A stretch of DNA of 64,000 nucleotides, from the NCBI GenBank assembly GCA_965202985.1, contig CBDBCF010000002.1, positions 832,001 to 896,000 on the forward strand. Direction: 5' to 3'. Position numbers and translations under genes: made by a program. Positions 1-9,486 of this stretch are shown in pieces (the stretch's first letter is position 1; the number at the start of each line of letters is the position of its first letter). The notes below the pieces were generated by a model. The model had not been told where the DNA came from and made no database searches. It saw nothing but the letters and a program-made list of their open reading frames with translations. The DNA is from Longimicrobiales bacterium (GTDB taxonomy: Bacteria > Gemmatimonadota > Gemmatimonadetes > Longimicrobiales > Gaopeijiaceae).

Positions 1-805
1 CCCAGAAGCGCTTGTGGGCGGCCCGCTGCTCGAGCCGTCCGGGGGCGAGCACCCGCCAGTCGCCTTCGTCGCCGCCGTCCCAGGGGCTCCGGAGCTCGAT
101 CCGGTCTCCGGTGCTCTCTTGGACCTGCGTGGCGAAGTCTCCCAAGTCCGCGACGAGGGGCCGAGGAAGCCCGGAACGCACCAGCGAGGCCACGACCGCC
201 GTCCCCTGCCCATCCGGCGCCTCCGCCGCAAAGTACAGGTACGAGAACAGGGGCGTGCCGCCCAGGTAGCGGCTTCGCCCGTCCAGCACTTGGTCCGGCA
301 GGCGCCCGTGGTGGCTCCCGGCCCAGGCGCGAAGTCGCCCGTCGGGCCCCAGCACCGCCGCCGCCGTGGCGCCGGTCGCCCGGAGCAGGGAACGCAACGT
401 GTCGTGCAGTTCGCCCCGGGAAACGGACGTCGCCGCGTCGGCGATCCGGCGCGCCGCTCGGCCGTCCCGCGCAGCCAACGAGTCCAGCCCCACCCGCACC
501 AGCGACTCGGTCCGGTCGTGTCGCTCCTGCCGGTATTCGTCCCAGCCGCTGGTATACCGCCGGTCGCCCGCCACCGCCGCGAACCCCGCCACGACGGCGG
601 CCAAGAGGAGGACCGCCGACGCGGTTTGTCGCCCGCGCCTGGGTCCGGCGACCGCCGCGCATGCCGCGCAGCCCGCCGCCCCCGCCAGGACCCAGGGCGA
701 ATCCAGCCGGGTCCACAGCAATACAAGCAACCATCCCGCGCCGGCAAGCAGGCCGGCGTCCTTCCACGGCTGCGCGGCAAGGCTTCGGCGGATTCCCATT
801 ATCAT
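1..805 (-). CDS. Membrane protein, N-terminal part only (runs off left edge); possibly a sensor kinase-type membrane protein
   Basis: Manual translation from ATG 805 (or 799): MIMGIRRSLAAQPWKDAGLLAGAGWLLVLLW...SAVLLLAAVVAGFAAVAG..., hydrophobic helices followed by a soluble region, open to the window edge. Function is a guess. Confidence 0.6.
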   Translation of the reverse strand, partial: MIMGIRRSLAAQPWKDAGLLAGAGWLLVLLWTRLDSPWVLAGAAGCAACAAVAGPRRGRQTASAVLLLAAVVAGFAAVAGDRRYTSGWDEYRQERHDRTESLVRVGLDSLAARDGRAARRIADAATSVSRGELHDTLRSLLRATGATAAAVLGPDGRLRAWAGSHHGRLPDQVLDGRSRYLGGTPLFSYLYFAAEAPDGQGTAVVASLVRSGLPRPLVADLGDFATQVQESTGDRIELRSPWDGGDEGDWRVLAPGRLEQRAAHKRFW

Positions 806-813
806 TGAACGTA

Positions 814-1536
814 ATGAACCCACCTTCCAGCCCGCTGCGCCCGCCCCGACGGGCCGTCCTGGCGATCGTCGCGCTGGCCGTCGTACCGGCGCAACGCGGG
901 GCGTGGGCGAGCCAGCTCGTGGACCGGGGAACGTTCGTGCTGTTTGCGGACGGCCAAGAGGCGGGGACCGAAGAGTTCGTAGTGCAGCGCAGCGGCACGG
1001 GCGATGCGCAGATCACCGTGGCCAGGGGAACGGTGGTCATGCGCGACGGACGAACGCTGGCCACGACGTTGAGGGCGACCGGGCCGGCCCTGGTAGTCAG
1101 CAGCTACCAGGTCGTGGTTTCCGGCGCGGACACGCTAAGCATCTTGCTGTCCCGCGCCGGCGAGCGCATGGAAGCCCTGACGCGCGCGCCCTGGGGCGAA
1201 GAAGCGCGCGAGTACCGCGCACCCCCGTCGATCGTCGTTCTGGAAGACGGGGTCGCGCACCACTACTTCGTGCTGTCCCGGTTGGCGGGCCGGGAACCGG
1301 GGCGGGTAGCGACGCTCGCACCGCTCTCGGAAGCGGAGGAGACCTCGGCGGCCGTGGAGGCTCGTTCGGAGACGATCGAGCTCTGGGGGGGCGCCGTCGA
1401 GACCACTCGGATCAGCGTCGGGACGGGAAGCGACCATCGAGTCGCTTGGTTCGACGGAAGCGGCCGACTGGTACGGGTTGCCTTGCCGACGAAGGGGTTC
1501 GCCGCCGAACGAGTCTTGCGACCCGGCCCGGACTGA
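814..1536 (+). CDS. Hypothetical exported beta-rich protein
   Basis: ATG 814 inside ORF 661..1536; signal-peptide-like RRAVLAIVALAVVPAQ..AWASQ, then alternating beta-strand pattern. Confidence 0.7.
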   Translation: MNPPSSPLRPPRRAVLAIVALAVVPAQRGAWASQLVDRGTFVLFADGQEAGTEEFVVQRSGTGDAQITVARGTVVMRDGRTLATTLRATGPALVVSSYQVVVSGADTLSILLSRAGERMEALTRAPWGEEAREYRAPPSIVVLEDGVAHHYFVLSRLAGREPGRVATLAPLSEAEETSAAVEARSETIELWGGAVETTRISVGTGSDHRVAWFDGSGRLVRVALPTKGFAAERVLRPGPD

Positions 1537-1613
1537 TCGAAGAAGTGAATCCGCAGCCGATCCGGGATCGTAGGGACACGACGCAATTCCCGAAGATGGA
1601 CAAGGAGCCGCCA

Positions 1614-3224
1614 GTGCAAAGACGACGCATTCCCGCCAACGCCGCGCACTCCCGACCGGGACTCGGGCGGCGGGCATTCCCGCACCCCGGCTTGTCGGCC
1701 GGGCTTTCGCTGCTGGCCGGCCCGTCACTGGGCGCCGGCCTGGCGCTGCTCGTCGGCCTTGCGCTTCCGCCGGCTGCCCCGGCCGGGGCGCAAGAATCGG
1801 TTCCCCAGTCCCTGACCCTGGACGACGCCCTGGCGATCGCCTCCCGCAACAACCCGGGCTTGCAGGCGTTCAGGAACGACATGGCCGTGGAGGACTGGAA
1901 CGTGCGGGCGGCCTACGCGTCGTGGCTTCCCACGGCTTCGGCCAGCTCCAGCCTGTCGTGGCAAGGCGCGGGAGAACAACGGTTCGGAAGCATCACCGCC
2001 GACCAGCTCGGGTTTCAGGACCAGCCTTCGTTCTACTTCAGCAACTACAGCATCGGGCTGGGCTATTCCCTAAGTGGACGCACGCTCCTGGCGCCCGGCC
2101 AAGCCAAGCGGAACCGGGAAGCGGCCCGGGCTCGAGTCGGCACCCAGGAGGCGAACCTTCGCCTGAACGTGACCCGAACGTACCTGGAGGTCCTGCGGCA
2201 GATCGAAGGGCTGTCCCTTTCCGAGCGCGAGCTCGAGCGAGCGCAGATCGACCTGCGGCTGGCCCAAGGACGTCAGGAAGTCGGCTCCGGGAACGCCCTG
2301 GACGTTCAGCAGGCGGAAGTCGCCGTCGGAAGGTCCCAGGTCTCGGTGCTGCAGGCGCGCACCAACGTCCGCACGTCGCGCATTCGGTTGCTTCAACAGC
2401 TGGGCGTGGACTTGAGCGCCGAACCCGAGCTCTCGACGGAGTTCGTGGTGGCCGAGCCCACATGGACGGCCGACGCGCTCTATCGGACGGCGATCGCGGA
2501 CAACCCGCAGTTGAACGCCTTGCGCGCCAACGAGGAGTCGAGCCGGTACGGCGTGCGGATGGCCCGCTCGGCGTACTATCCGTCCCTGTCGATTAGCACC
2601 GGCTGGAGCGGCTTCACGCGCCAGGCCAGCAGCACCGCAAGCCAGGAAGCCCAAGCGATCGCCCAGGGCCAAGCGGCGATCCGCCAGTGCCAGACCCTGA
2701 ACGACCTGACCGCCCGCTTGGCGGACCCGCTTCCGCCGCAGGACTGCTCGGGCTTGGCCACGCCGCAGGCGGCGATCCAGGCGATCCGAGACGGAAACCG
2801 CGCGTTCCCCTTCAACTTCACGAGCTCCCCGCCCTCTGCCTCTCTGTCCGTTTCGATTCCGGTCTTCCAGGGCCTGTCTCGCCAGCAGAACCTGGAGGCC
2901 GCCCGTGCCGGGCTGAGCGACGTCCGATTCCAGGTGCGCGAGCAGGAGCTGGCGCTTCGCGCCGACGTGGAGGCGCAGGTGGCCGTGGTCCGCACCGCTT
3001 ACGAAACCGCCGTGATCGAAGAGCGGAACCAGGCACTGGCAGACGAGCAGCTTCGCTTGGCGCGGGAGCGCTACCGGCTGGGTTTCTCCAACTTCATCGA
3101 GCTGGCCGAAGCGACGACCGTGAAGGCCCGGGCCGACCGGGAGCGCATCGTGGCCATCTTCACCTATCACGACGCCGTAGCCGATCTGGAGGCCGTGGTC
3201 GGCGCGACCCTACGGAACCCCTAG
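1614..3224 (+). CDS. TolC-family outer membrane efflux protein
   Basis: AAGGAG then GTG 1614 (alternative ATG 1596); signal peptide, LTLDDALAIASRNNPGL, ARSAYYPSLS, ARERYRLG motifs of the OEP family. Confidence 0.9.
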   Translation: MQRRRIPANAAHSRPGLGRRAFPHPGLSAGLSLLAGPSLGAGLALLVGLALPPAAPAGAQESVPQSLTLDDALAIASRNNPGLQAFRNDMAVEDWNVRAAYASWLPTASASSSLSWQGAGEQRFGSITADQLGFQDQPSFYFSNYSIGLGYSLSGRTLLAPGQAKRNREAARARVGTQEANLRLNVTRTYLEVLRQIEGLSLSERELERAQIDLRLAQGRQEVGSGNALDVQQAEVAVGRSQVSVLQARTNVRTSRIRLLQQLGVDLSAEPELSTEFVVAEPTWTADALYRTAIADNPQLNALRANEESSRYGVRMARSAYYPSLSISTGWSGFTRQASSTASQEAQAIAQGQAAIRQCQTLNDLTARLADPLPPQDCSGLATPQAAIQAIRDGNRAFPFNFTSSPPSASLSVSIPVFQGLSRQQNLEAARAGLSDVRFQVREQELALRADVEAQVAVVRTAYETAVIEERNQALADEQLRLARERYRLGFSNFIELAEATTVKARADRERIVAIFTYHDAVADLEAVVGATLRNP

Positions 3225-3234
3225 CGAGAAAGTC

Positions 3235-4548
3235 ATGCGAACCAGAAACAAAGTGATCGTCGGAGCCGGGATCGTCGGCGTGGTGGTCGTAGCCGCCGTC
3301 CTGGGCTCCAACGGCACGCGGGCCAACGGCATCCAGGCGCGGGTGGAAGCGGTGGAGAACCGCGACCTGGTGGCCACGGTGACCGCCAGCGGCAACGTGA
3401 GGGCGCGACGCAAGGTGGACATCAGCTCCGACGTCTCGGCGCGCGTCACCGAGCTGCTGACCCAAGAGGGCGAGGACGTGCGCGAAGGGCAGATCCTTCT
3501 CCGGCTGGACCCCACGCGGTTCCAGGCCGCCCTTGCCCGCAGCCGAGCCACGCTGCTGCAGAGCCGGGCCCAGGTGGCGCAGGCGCAGGCGAACTTCGCG
3601 CGGGCCGAGCGCGAGGCCCGCCGACTCGCCGAGCTTCGGGATCGCGACTCGCTGCTGGTCAGCCGCCAGGACTTGGAGAACGCCCTGACCGACGAGGAGG
3701 TGCAGCGGTCGCTTCTGGAGTCGTCGGAGTACGGGATCAGCCAAGCCCAAGCGGCGGTGGAAGAAGCCGAAGAGGAGCTGGCCAAGACGATCATTCGGGC
3801 GCCGATGTCCGGTCGCGTGACGCGCCTGAACGTCGAAGAAGGGGAGACGGTGATCGTGGGCACGATGAACAACCCGGGCAGCTTGGTCCTCACCGTTTCG
3901 GACCTGTCGGTGATGGAAGTGGTGCTGGAGGTGGACGAGACCGACATGCCCGAGATCGCTTTGGGCGACAGCGCCGCGGTCGAGCTGGACGCCTTCCCGG
4001 ACCGGGCGTTTCACGGGGTCGTTTCGGAGATCGGCAACAGCGCGATCCGGTCGCCTTCGGCCGCGGCGGGCACCGGAACCACGCCGACGATCGACTTCGA
4101 GGTCGTTGTCACCTTGCGGGAAGACCCCGACGTCGAGCTTCGGCCCGACCTGTCGGCCACGGCGGACTTGGTCACGGCCACGCGTACGGCCCAGCCCGCC
4201 ATTCCCATCATCGCCCTCACCGTGCGGGAGCTGGCGCCCGACTCGGCTCGCGCGGCCGGCGCCGACCTGGCCGAGGCGTCCGGCGGCGACGGGGACGACG
4301 ACGGTTCCTCGGCCGAGCAGGTGGAGGTCGAAGGGGTCTACGTGGTCTCCGATGGACAGGTGACGTTCACTCCGGTGGAGGTCGGGATCGCAGGCCAAGA
4401 GTACTTCGAGGTCGTGTCGGGGGTTGCGGCCGGCGACACCGTTGTGAGCGGCCCCTACCAAGTGGTTCGCGCGCTGTCCGACGGAGACCGGATTCGGGGC
4501 GCCGAAGGACAAGCGGACGAAGAGGACGAGTCGGAGGCGTCCGGCTAG
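3235..4548 (+). CDS. Efflux periplasmic adaptor (MacA-like membrane fusion protein)
   Basis: N-terminal TM, VTASGNV, GEDVREGQILLRLD, IRAPMSGRVT, VDETD motifs. Confidence 0.92.
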   Translation: MRTRNKVIVGAGIVGVVVVAAVLGSNGTRANGIQARVEAVENRDLVATVTASGNVRARRKVDISSDVSARVTELLTQEGEDVREGQILLRLDPTRFQAALARSRATLLQSRAQVAQAQANFARAEREARRLAELRDRDSLLVSRQDLENALTDEEVQRSLLESSEYGISQAQAAVEEAEEELAKTIIRAPMSGRVTRLNVEEGETVIVGTMNNPGSLVLTVSDLSVMEVVLEVDETDMPEIALGDSAAVELDAFPDRAFHGVVSEIGNSAIRSPSAAAGTGTTPTIDFEVVVTLREDPDVELRPDLSATADLVTATRTAQPAIPIIALTVRELAPDSARAAGADLAEASGGDGDDDGSSAEQVEVEGVYVVSDGQVTFTPVEVGIAGQEYFEVVSGVAAGDTVVSGPYQVVRALSDGDRIRGAEGQADEEDESEASG

Positions 4549-4578
4549 CTCTGCCGTGACTGGTTGACCCGCTTCGAA

Positions 4579-5820
4579 ATGAAGATCCTCGAAGGCGTGC
4601 GGCTTGCCGCCGAGCAGATCCGAACGCAGAAGCTGAAGAGCTTCTTCAGTCTGCTGGGCGTGATCGTGGGCGTCATGTTCCTTGTGCTCGTGGTCAGCAT
4701 CGTGGAGGGCATGGACCGTTACATGCGCGACACGCTGGTCGAGAAGATCTTCGGCGTGAACACGGTGGCCGTCCGGAGATGGCCCAGGAACGACATGGAC
4801 ACCTCGGAAGAGCAGCGACGGGCTTGGGCTCGGTCGCCTCGTCTGACCTACGACGACCTGGCCTACTTGCGCGAGAGGATTTCCCTGCCGGCCACGATCG
4901 CCGCCGACTCCGACAGGCAAGGCGAGATCGAGTCGGACCGAGGCGTCAAGGTGGAAAACGTGCTGATCCGGGGCGCCACGGCCGAGATCTTCGAGGTGCG
5001 CAACTTCCGGACGGAACGGGGTCGAGTGTTCAGCCCGGCGGAAGATAGACAAGGCGCACCGGTCGTGGTTCTGGGTCAGGAAACCGCGGAGGTCCTTTTC
5101 CCGGGGATCGATCCCTTGGGACGACAGGTCAGGATTCGGGGCTTCCCCTTTCGGGTCGTCGGCATCCTCGAGGAACAGGGGGCCTTCCTGGGCAGGTCGC
5201 TCGACAACGTCGCCATCGCACCGGCACGGTCGCCGGTTCAGCGCTTCACCAACCCCCCCGGCATCGTGGACGAGATCGTGATCAAGGCCTCCGTCCCCTC
5301 CTTGGTGCATCCGCTGCAAGAGCAAGCGGAGGAAGCGATGCGCATTCGCCGCCGGCTGCGCCCGGGCGACTTGAACAACTTTGCCGCCGAGACCACCTCC
5401 GCTTCGCTGGGCTTTTGGGACCGGATCAGCCGGATTCTGTTCCTGGCCCTGCCCGGACTTGTGGGGATCTCCTTGGTTGTCGGGGGAATCGTCATCATGA
5501 ACATCATGCTGGTCACGGTAATGGAGCGGACCCGGGAGATCGGCATCCGAAAGGCCATCGGCGCGCGCCGACACGACATCTTGGTGCAGGTGCTCATCGA
5601 GACCATGACGCTGTCGGCGATCGGCGCGGCGATGGGCGTGGCCGCGGGCGCAGGCCTGACCGCATTGGTCGCCGCCTTGTCGCCGCTTCCCGCCGTGGTC
5701 GCGCCCAAGTGGGTCGCGTTCGGCATGGCTCTTGGCGTCGGGGTCGGCGTCGTGTCCGGCGTCTATCCTGCCGCCCGCGCCGCCAAGCTCGACCCCGTTG
5801 ACGCGCTGAGGTACGAATGA
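4579..5820 (+). CDS. ABC transporter permease (MacB/FtsX-like)
   Basis: KLKSFFSLLGVIVGV, VGGIVIMNIMLVTVMERTREIGIRKAIGA, C-terminal LDPVDALRYE. Confidence 0.93.
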   Translation: MKILEGVRLAAEQIRTQKLKSFFSLLGVIVGVMFLVLVVSIVEGMDRYMRDTLVEKIFGVNTVAVRRWPRNDMDTSEEQRRAWARSPRLTYDDLAYLRERISLPATIAADSDRQGEIESDRGVKVENVLIRGATAEIFEVRNFRTERGRVFSPAEDRQGAPVVVLGQETAEVLFPGIDPLGRQVRIRGFPFRVVGILEEQGAFLGRSLDNVAIAPARSPVQRFTNPPGIVDEIVIKASVPSLVHPLQEQAEEAMRIRRRLRPGDLNNFAAETTSASLGFWDRISRILFLALPGLVGISLVVGGIVIMNIMLVTVMERTREIGIRKAIGARRHDILVQVLIETMTLSAIGAAMGVAAGAGLTALVAALSPLPAVVAPKWVAFGMALGVGVGVVSGVYPAARAAKLDPVDALRYE

Positions 5821-7100
5821 CCAAAGAACGATCCAGGCCGACCGGAAGGCTGCTTCTGGAAGGGTTGCAAGTCGCCGTCGACGCGCTCCGCGCCAACTGG
5901 ATTCGGGCCGTGTTGGCGGTGCTGGGGGTGGGCGTCGGCGTCGGCGTCGTCGTCACCATCGCCGCGGTCGTGACCGGGATCCGGAGCGAAGTGTTCCAGG
6001 CCTTCGAGAGCGCCGGGCCCGAGAACTTCATGGTCATGCCCTTCGACTTCACCAGCGTCCGCATCAGCGTGGACGGTTCCGGCCGTCCGCCATGGTGGGA
6101 CCGGCCGGAGATCAGCGAACGGGAGATCCGACGGATCGCCGGTCTTCCCGCCGTCTCCGAGGCCGTGGCCGGGTACGAGTTCTTCGGCGCGCTTCGCTAC
6201 GAGTCGGACTGGCTCTGGGACGTGAGCTGGCGTGGGGCGTCTCCGGGTTGGGCCGCGTACACGGGCGGCGACATCGTGAGCGGACGGGACTTCACGGTGG
6301 CGGAGCTCGCCCAGGCGCGGGGGGTGATCGTCCTTTCCGAAAGCCTGACCGAGGTGCTCTTCGGGCAGCTCGACCCCGTGGGCAAGCGGGTGCGAGTCAG
6401 TGCGGGCACGCGCGCAGCCAACGAACTCTTCACCGTCATCGGCGTGTTCCGTCCGGCCAACAACGTGTTCGGCGACATCGAGCCCAACTACGCCGTGGTT
6501 CCGTACACGGCCGCCGACAAGCGGCTCAAGGCCCGCAGCCGCTGGAACTTCATGGCCGTGCAGGTGGTGCCTCGAGAGAACGCGACCAGGGAGGCGGAAG
6601 AGCAGATCATCTCCGCCCTGCGGTCCATGCGAGGCCTGGGACCCAGCGAGGAGAACAACTTCGCCGTCATACGATCCGACCAGATGATGAACCTGTTCAA
6701 TCAGATTACCGGCATGTTCTTCGCTGCCATGATCGGGCTGTCTTCCATCGGGATGCTCGTCGGGGGCATTGGCGTGATCGGGATCATGCTCATCTCGGTG
6801 ACGGAGCGCACGCGAGAGATCGGGGTCCGCAAGGCGCTGGGCGCCACGCGCCGGGAGATCATGTGGCAGTTTCTCGTCGAGGCGTCCCTGCTGACCGCCT
6901 TGGGCGGCGCGATCGGCCTGTTGGTCGGTTGGGGAGCGTCGTCGCTTGCCGCCTCGCTGACCCCGCTGCCCGCCCGCATTCCCCTGTGGTCGGTCTTCGC
7001 CGCAATCGCTCTGGCGGCCGTTACCGGGATCCTGTTCGGCCTGCTTCCCGCCGTGCGGGCTTCCAAGCTGGACCCCGTGGACGCGTTGCGCTACGAGTGA
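5817..7100 (+). CDS. ABC transporter permease (MacB/FtsX-like), second paralog
   Basis: VGGIGVIGIMLISVTERTREIGVRKALGA, LDPVDALRYE; ATGA overlap with previous gene. Confidence 0.93.
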   Translation: MTKERSRPTGRLLLEGLQVAVDALRANWIRAVLAVLGVGVGVGVVVTIAAVVTGIRSEVFQAFESAGPENFMVMPFDFTSVRISVDGSGRPPWWDRPEISEREIRRIAGLPAVSEAVAGYEFFGALRYESDWLWDVSWRGASPGWAAYTGGDIVSGRDFTVAELAQARGVIVLSESLTEVLFGQLDPVGKRVRVSAGTRAANELFTVIGVFRPANNVFGDIEPNYAVVPYTAADKRLKARSRWNFMAVQVVPRENATREAEEQIISALRSMRGLGPSEENNFAVIRSDQMMNLFNQITGMFFAAMIGLSSIGMLVGGIGVIGIMLISVTERTREIGVRKALGATRREIMWQFLVEASLLTALGGAIGLLVGWGASSLAASLTPLPARIPLWSVFAAIALAAVTGILFGLLPAVRASKLDPVDALRYE

Positions 7101-7843
7101 CCGCAGACGCAGGAACAGGCGGCGAACCGTTGGACGTGCTGGCCGTCGCCGCTCATCCGGACGACGCGGAGCTCTTGTGCGGCGGCGCCTTGGCCAAGTG
7201 CGCCGACGCCGGCGAGCGCGTGGGCATCTTGGACCTGACCGCCGGAGAAACCGGCTCAGTGGGAACCCGCGAGGCGCGCGCCAGCGAAGCTGCCGCCGCC
7301 GCCCAGGTGCTGGGCTTGGCCGCGCGACAGTGCGCCAACCTGGCCGACGCCGGCCTGACCAACGACCGCAAATCCCGGATCATCGCAGTTGAGGCGATCC
7401 GCGCGCTTCGCCCTCGGGTGATCGCGACCCACTGGCTGCACGGCCGCCACCCCGATCACGGCGTTGCGGCCCGCTTGGTTCGGGACGCGGCGTTCCTTGC
7501 CGGTCTGCGCAACTTCCCTGCCGGCGGACGCCCGCACCGCCCCCGGAAGATCGTCTACGCGCTTGCGTTCCAGGAGGATGCGCCCAAGCCGACGTTCGTG
7601 GTGGACATCACCGCGCAGATGGACCGCAAGGTTGCAGCCCTGGCTGCGTACAAGTCCCAGTTCGCCGGAAAGAGCGGCGCCGGCGAAGCATTCCCCGCCG
7701 GCAGCCGGCCCTTCCTGGAGCAGGTGCGCTCCGTTCACGCCGTCTACGGCTCCCTGATCCGTCGCCCCTACGGCGAACCCTACTGGACGGAAGAAACGAC
7801 CGAAGCCGAGACGCTGGGCGCGCTGTCGGTCTCGACGTTCTGA
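7097..7843 (+). CDS. bshB1: PIG-L family deacetylase, bacillithiol biosynthesis BshB1-like
   Basis: GTG 7097 overlaps upstream stop; AHPDDAEL, DLTAGETGS, RHPDH, PTFVVDIT, AYKSQF motifs. Confidence 0.8.
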   Translation: MTADAGTGGEPLDVLAVAAHPDDAELLCGGALAKCADAGERVGILDLTAGETGSVGTREARASEAAAAAQVLGLAARQCANLADAGLTNDRKSRIIAVEAIRALRPRVIATHWLHGRHPDHGVAARLVRDAAFLAGLRNFPAGGRPHRPRKIVYALAFQEDAPKPTFVVDITAQMDRKVAALAAYKSQFAGKSGAGEAFPAGSRPFLEQVRSVHAVYGSLIRRPYGEPYWTEETTEAETLGALSVSTF

Positions 7844-7844
7844 T

Positions 7845-7891
7845 TTGGGGGGCGGACGGGTCCCCGGTGTTCCGGGAACCCGCCCGCCCAA
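7845..7891. terminator. Strong GC hairpin between convergent genes (probable bidirectional terminator)
   Basis: ttggg..gggcggacgggtccccgg-tgtt-ccgggaacccgcccgcccaa inverted repeat immediately after the bshB1 stop. Confidence 0.55.
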
Positions 7892-7937
7892 GAAGCCGCG
7901 AAGAGCGGAGCCGAGCCAGCCTAGCCTAGCCTTCGGC

Positions 7938-8174
7938 CTAGAACGGCATCTCTCCGGGCTCGCAGCAGTTGCCGACATAGCACAAGTGACCCACGCAGAC
8001 GGTCATGAACCCGAGTTCGATCCGCACCGGGCGAAGGTACTGGGCCGACGCTTCCCCTGCGACCGGCGCGACGTCTCGGCTGGCTGCCATGGGAACGGCG
8101 AAAGAGAGTGCAACGGCCGCAACGGCTGCCTTGAGGCAGCGCCCGACGGATCGGCTTCTTCGGCGATTGGTCAT
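7938..8174 (-). CDS. Small secreted cysteine-rich peptide (78 aa)
   Basis: RBS AAAGGAG before ATG 8174, ATGA overlap with upstream gene; MTNRRRSRSVGRCLKAAVAAVALSFAVPMAAS...ASAQ-YLRPVRIELGFMTVCVGHLCYVGNCCEPGEMPF. Confidence 0.75.
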   Translation of the reverse strand: MTNRRRSRSVGRCLKAAVAAVALSFAVPMAASRDVAPVAGEASAQYLRPVRIELGFMTVCVGHLCYVGNCCEPGEMPF

Positions 8175-8728
8175 CGATTGTTCTCCTTTGGGTTTGTTGG
8201 GTTTGATCGAGCCTCCTTCAATGCATCCCGGAGCGCTTGCAGGACGATGTCCACGTCCACCGTCTCCCAGTCGAAGACGTGTCCTGCGTCTGGGCTGGGC
8301 ACAACGGTCAGCACGGCTCCGGTCGGGCCGACCGCGTACAGCGCGGGCATCGGCGCCGGGCCGAACTCCCGGCCGTAGCCCCGAGGCGTTCGCAGGGCGA
8401 TCCGGGCCGAAATCCGTTCCGACGCCAGAAAGCCCTCCACCAGTGCCCGTTCGTCTTCGGTCGTCTTTCCGACGGCGACCACCACGGTCTCGAGGCCGTC
8501 GCCGGAACGGGTTTGCAACCGGCGCACGACCCACGCCGGATTCGCCAGCTTGCACGTGAGACAGTCCGCGCTCCGAAACGTCCACACGAGGACCGGCCCG
8601 TTCCCCACCGCCGCCGACGGAACGGCGTCGCCCTCGGCAAGCGGAAAACGTCTCCCCTGCCCTCCGTCCAGGCAGCCGCTCAGGCACAGCGCGAGCGCCA
8701 CGGTCGCGCACCAACGCTGCGGCCTCAC
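8171..8728 (-). CDS. Thioredoxin/redoxin-like lipoprotein (CxxC)
   Basis: GTG 8728 in GTGA overlap; lipobox LSGC; VLVWTFRSADCLTC, VVVAVG, and cis-Pro-like MPALYAVGPTGAV typical of TlpA/redoxin fold. Confidence 0.7.
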   Translation of the reverse strand: MRPQRWCATVALALCLSGCLDGGQGRRFPLAEGDAVPSAAVGNGPVLVWTFRSADCLTCKLANPAWVVRRLQTRSGDGLETVVVAVGKTTEDERALVEGFLASERISARIALRTPRGYGREFGPAPMPALYAVGPTGAVLTVVPSPDAGHVFDWETVDVDIVLQALRDALKEARSNPTNPKENNR

Positions 8729-9486
8729 TGGGCCGCCCTCCGGCGGGCCACCACCCAGCGGTTCGGCTGAACCGACTCGACCGCGTACAGCCGCGGCAGG
8801 TTGCGCGCCTTCCACTCGACAGCGCCCGATCGCCCCACGATCAGCAAGTCCCACACTGGATCCCGTTCTCGCGCCTGCATGGACTGGATCGCGATGTCGC
8901 CCTCGGCCAGGAGGAAGACCCCGAAGACCTGGGACCGTCCCGGATCGCCGGTCCGGTCCAACCCCGCCAGAAGGTATCGGTCTCCCTCCAAGTGCCGGAT
9001 GTCCATGATCCCCTGCACCGGGGAGTCCACCATCTGAGCGGCGGCGCCTTCGCCCTCTGCCGGCGGAAAGAAGGCGAGGCAGTCCGACATGAAGTCCACC
9101 ACCGCCACGGAGCCGTCCAGCGTTCTGCGAGCCGACACGGGCAGCCGGAACTCGCCGGGACCGTCTCTGCGCCCGAGGATTCGCCGAAGCCGACCGTCGA
9201 CGGCGCCGTAGACGTTGACCTGGCCTTCCATCGGCTCCGCCAGAAGCAGCTCGCCGCCTTCCGCGGCGACCATCGGCTGCACGACCCTGGCCTGCTCGTT
9301 CTCCTCCAACTCGAGGAACCGCACAACCTCGAAGTCGGCATGGAAGGCGCCCGCGTCGATCGCGGACCAGTCGGAAGCACGGTCGCCCGCGAAGGGCGGG
9401 TCCCCGGCGTCGGCGCATCCGATTGCCAAGAACGGCCACGCCAACGCTGCAACGAAGAGAGTTCTGCGGAATCGACTCGGGCTCAA
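8725..9486 (-). CDS. Beta-propeller (6-bladed/NHL-like) lipoprotein, possibly shortened
   Basis: RBS AAAGGGGAG before TTG 9486; lipobox AIGC; VNVY..DGRLRRILGRRDGPGEFRLP..DGSVAVVD propeller blade signature. Confidence 0.7.
   Translation of the reverse strand: MSPSRFRRTLFVAALAWPFLAIGCADAGDPPFAGDRASDWSAIDAGAFHADFEVVRFLELEENEQARVVQPMVAAEGGELLLAEPMEGQVNVYGAVDGRLRRILGRRDGPGEFRLPVSARRTLDGSVAVVDFMSDCLAFFPPAEGEGAAAQMVDSPVQGIMDIRHLEGDRYLLAGLDRTGDPGRSQVFGVFLLAEGDIAIQSMQARERDPVWDLLIVGRSGAVEWKARNLPRLYAVESVQPNRWVVARRRAAQ

Noticed and set aside
366..1595. Long N-terminal extension of the TolC ORF in the ORF track
   Set aside because: Open frame by chance in high-GC DNA; overlaps better-supported genes (1..805 minus, 814..1536 plus)
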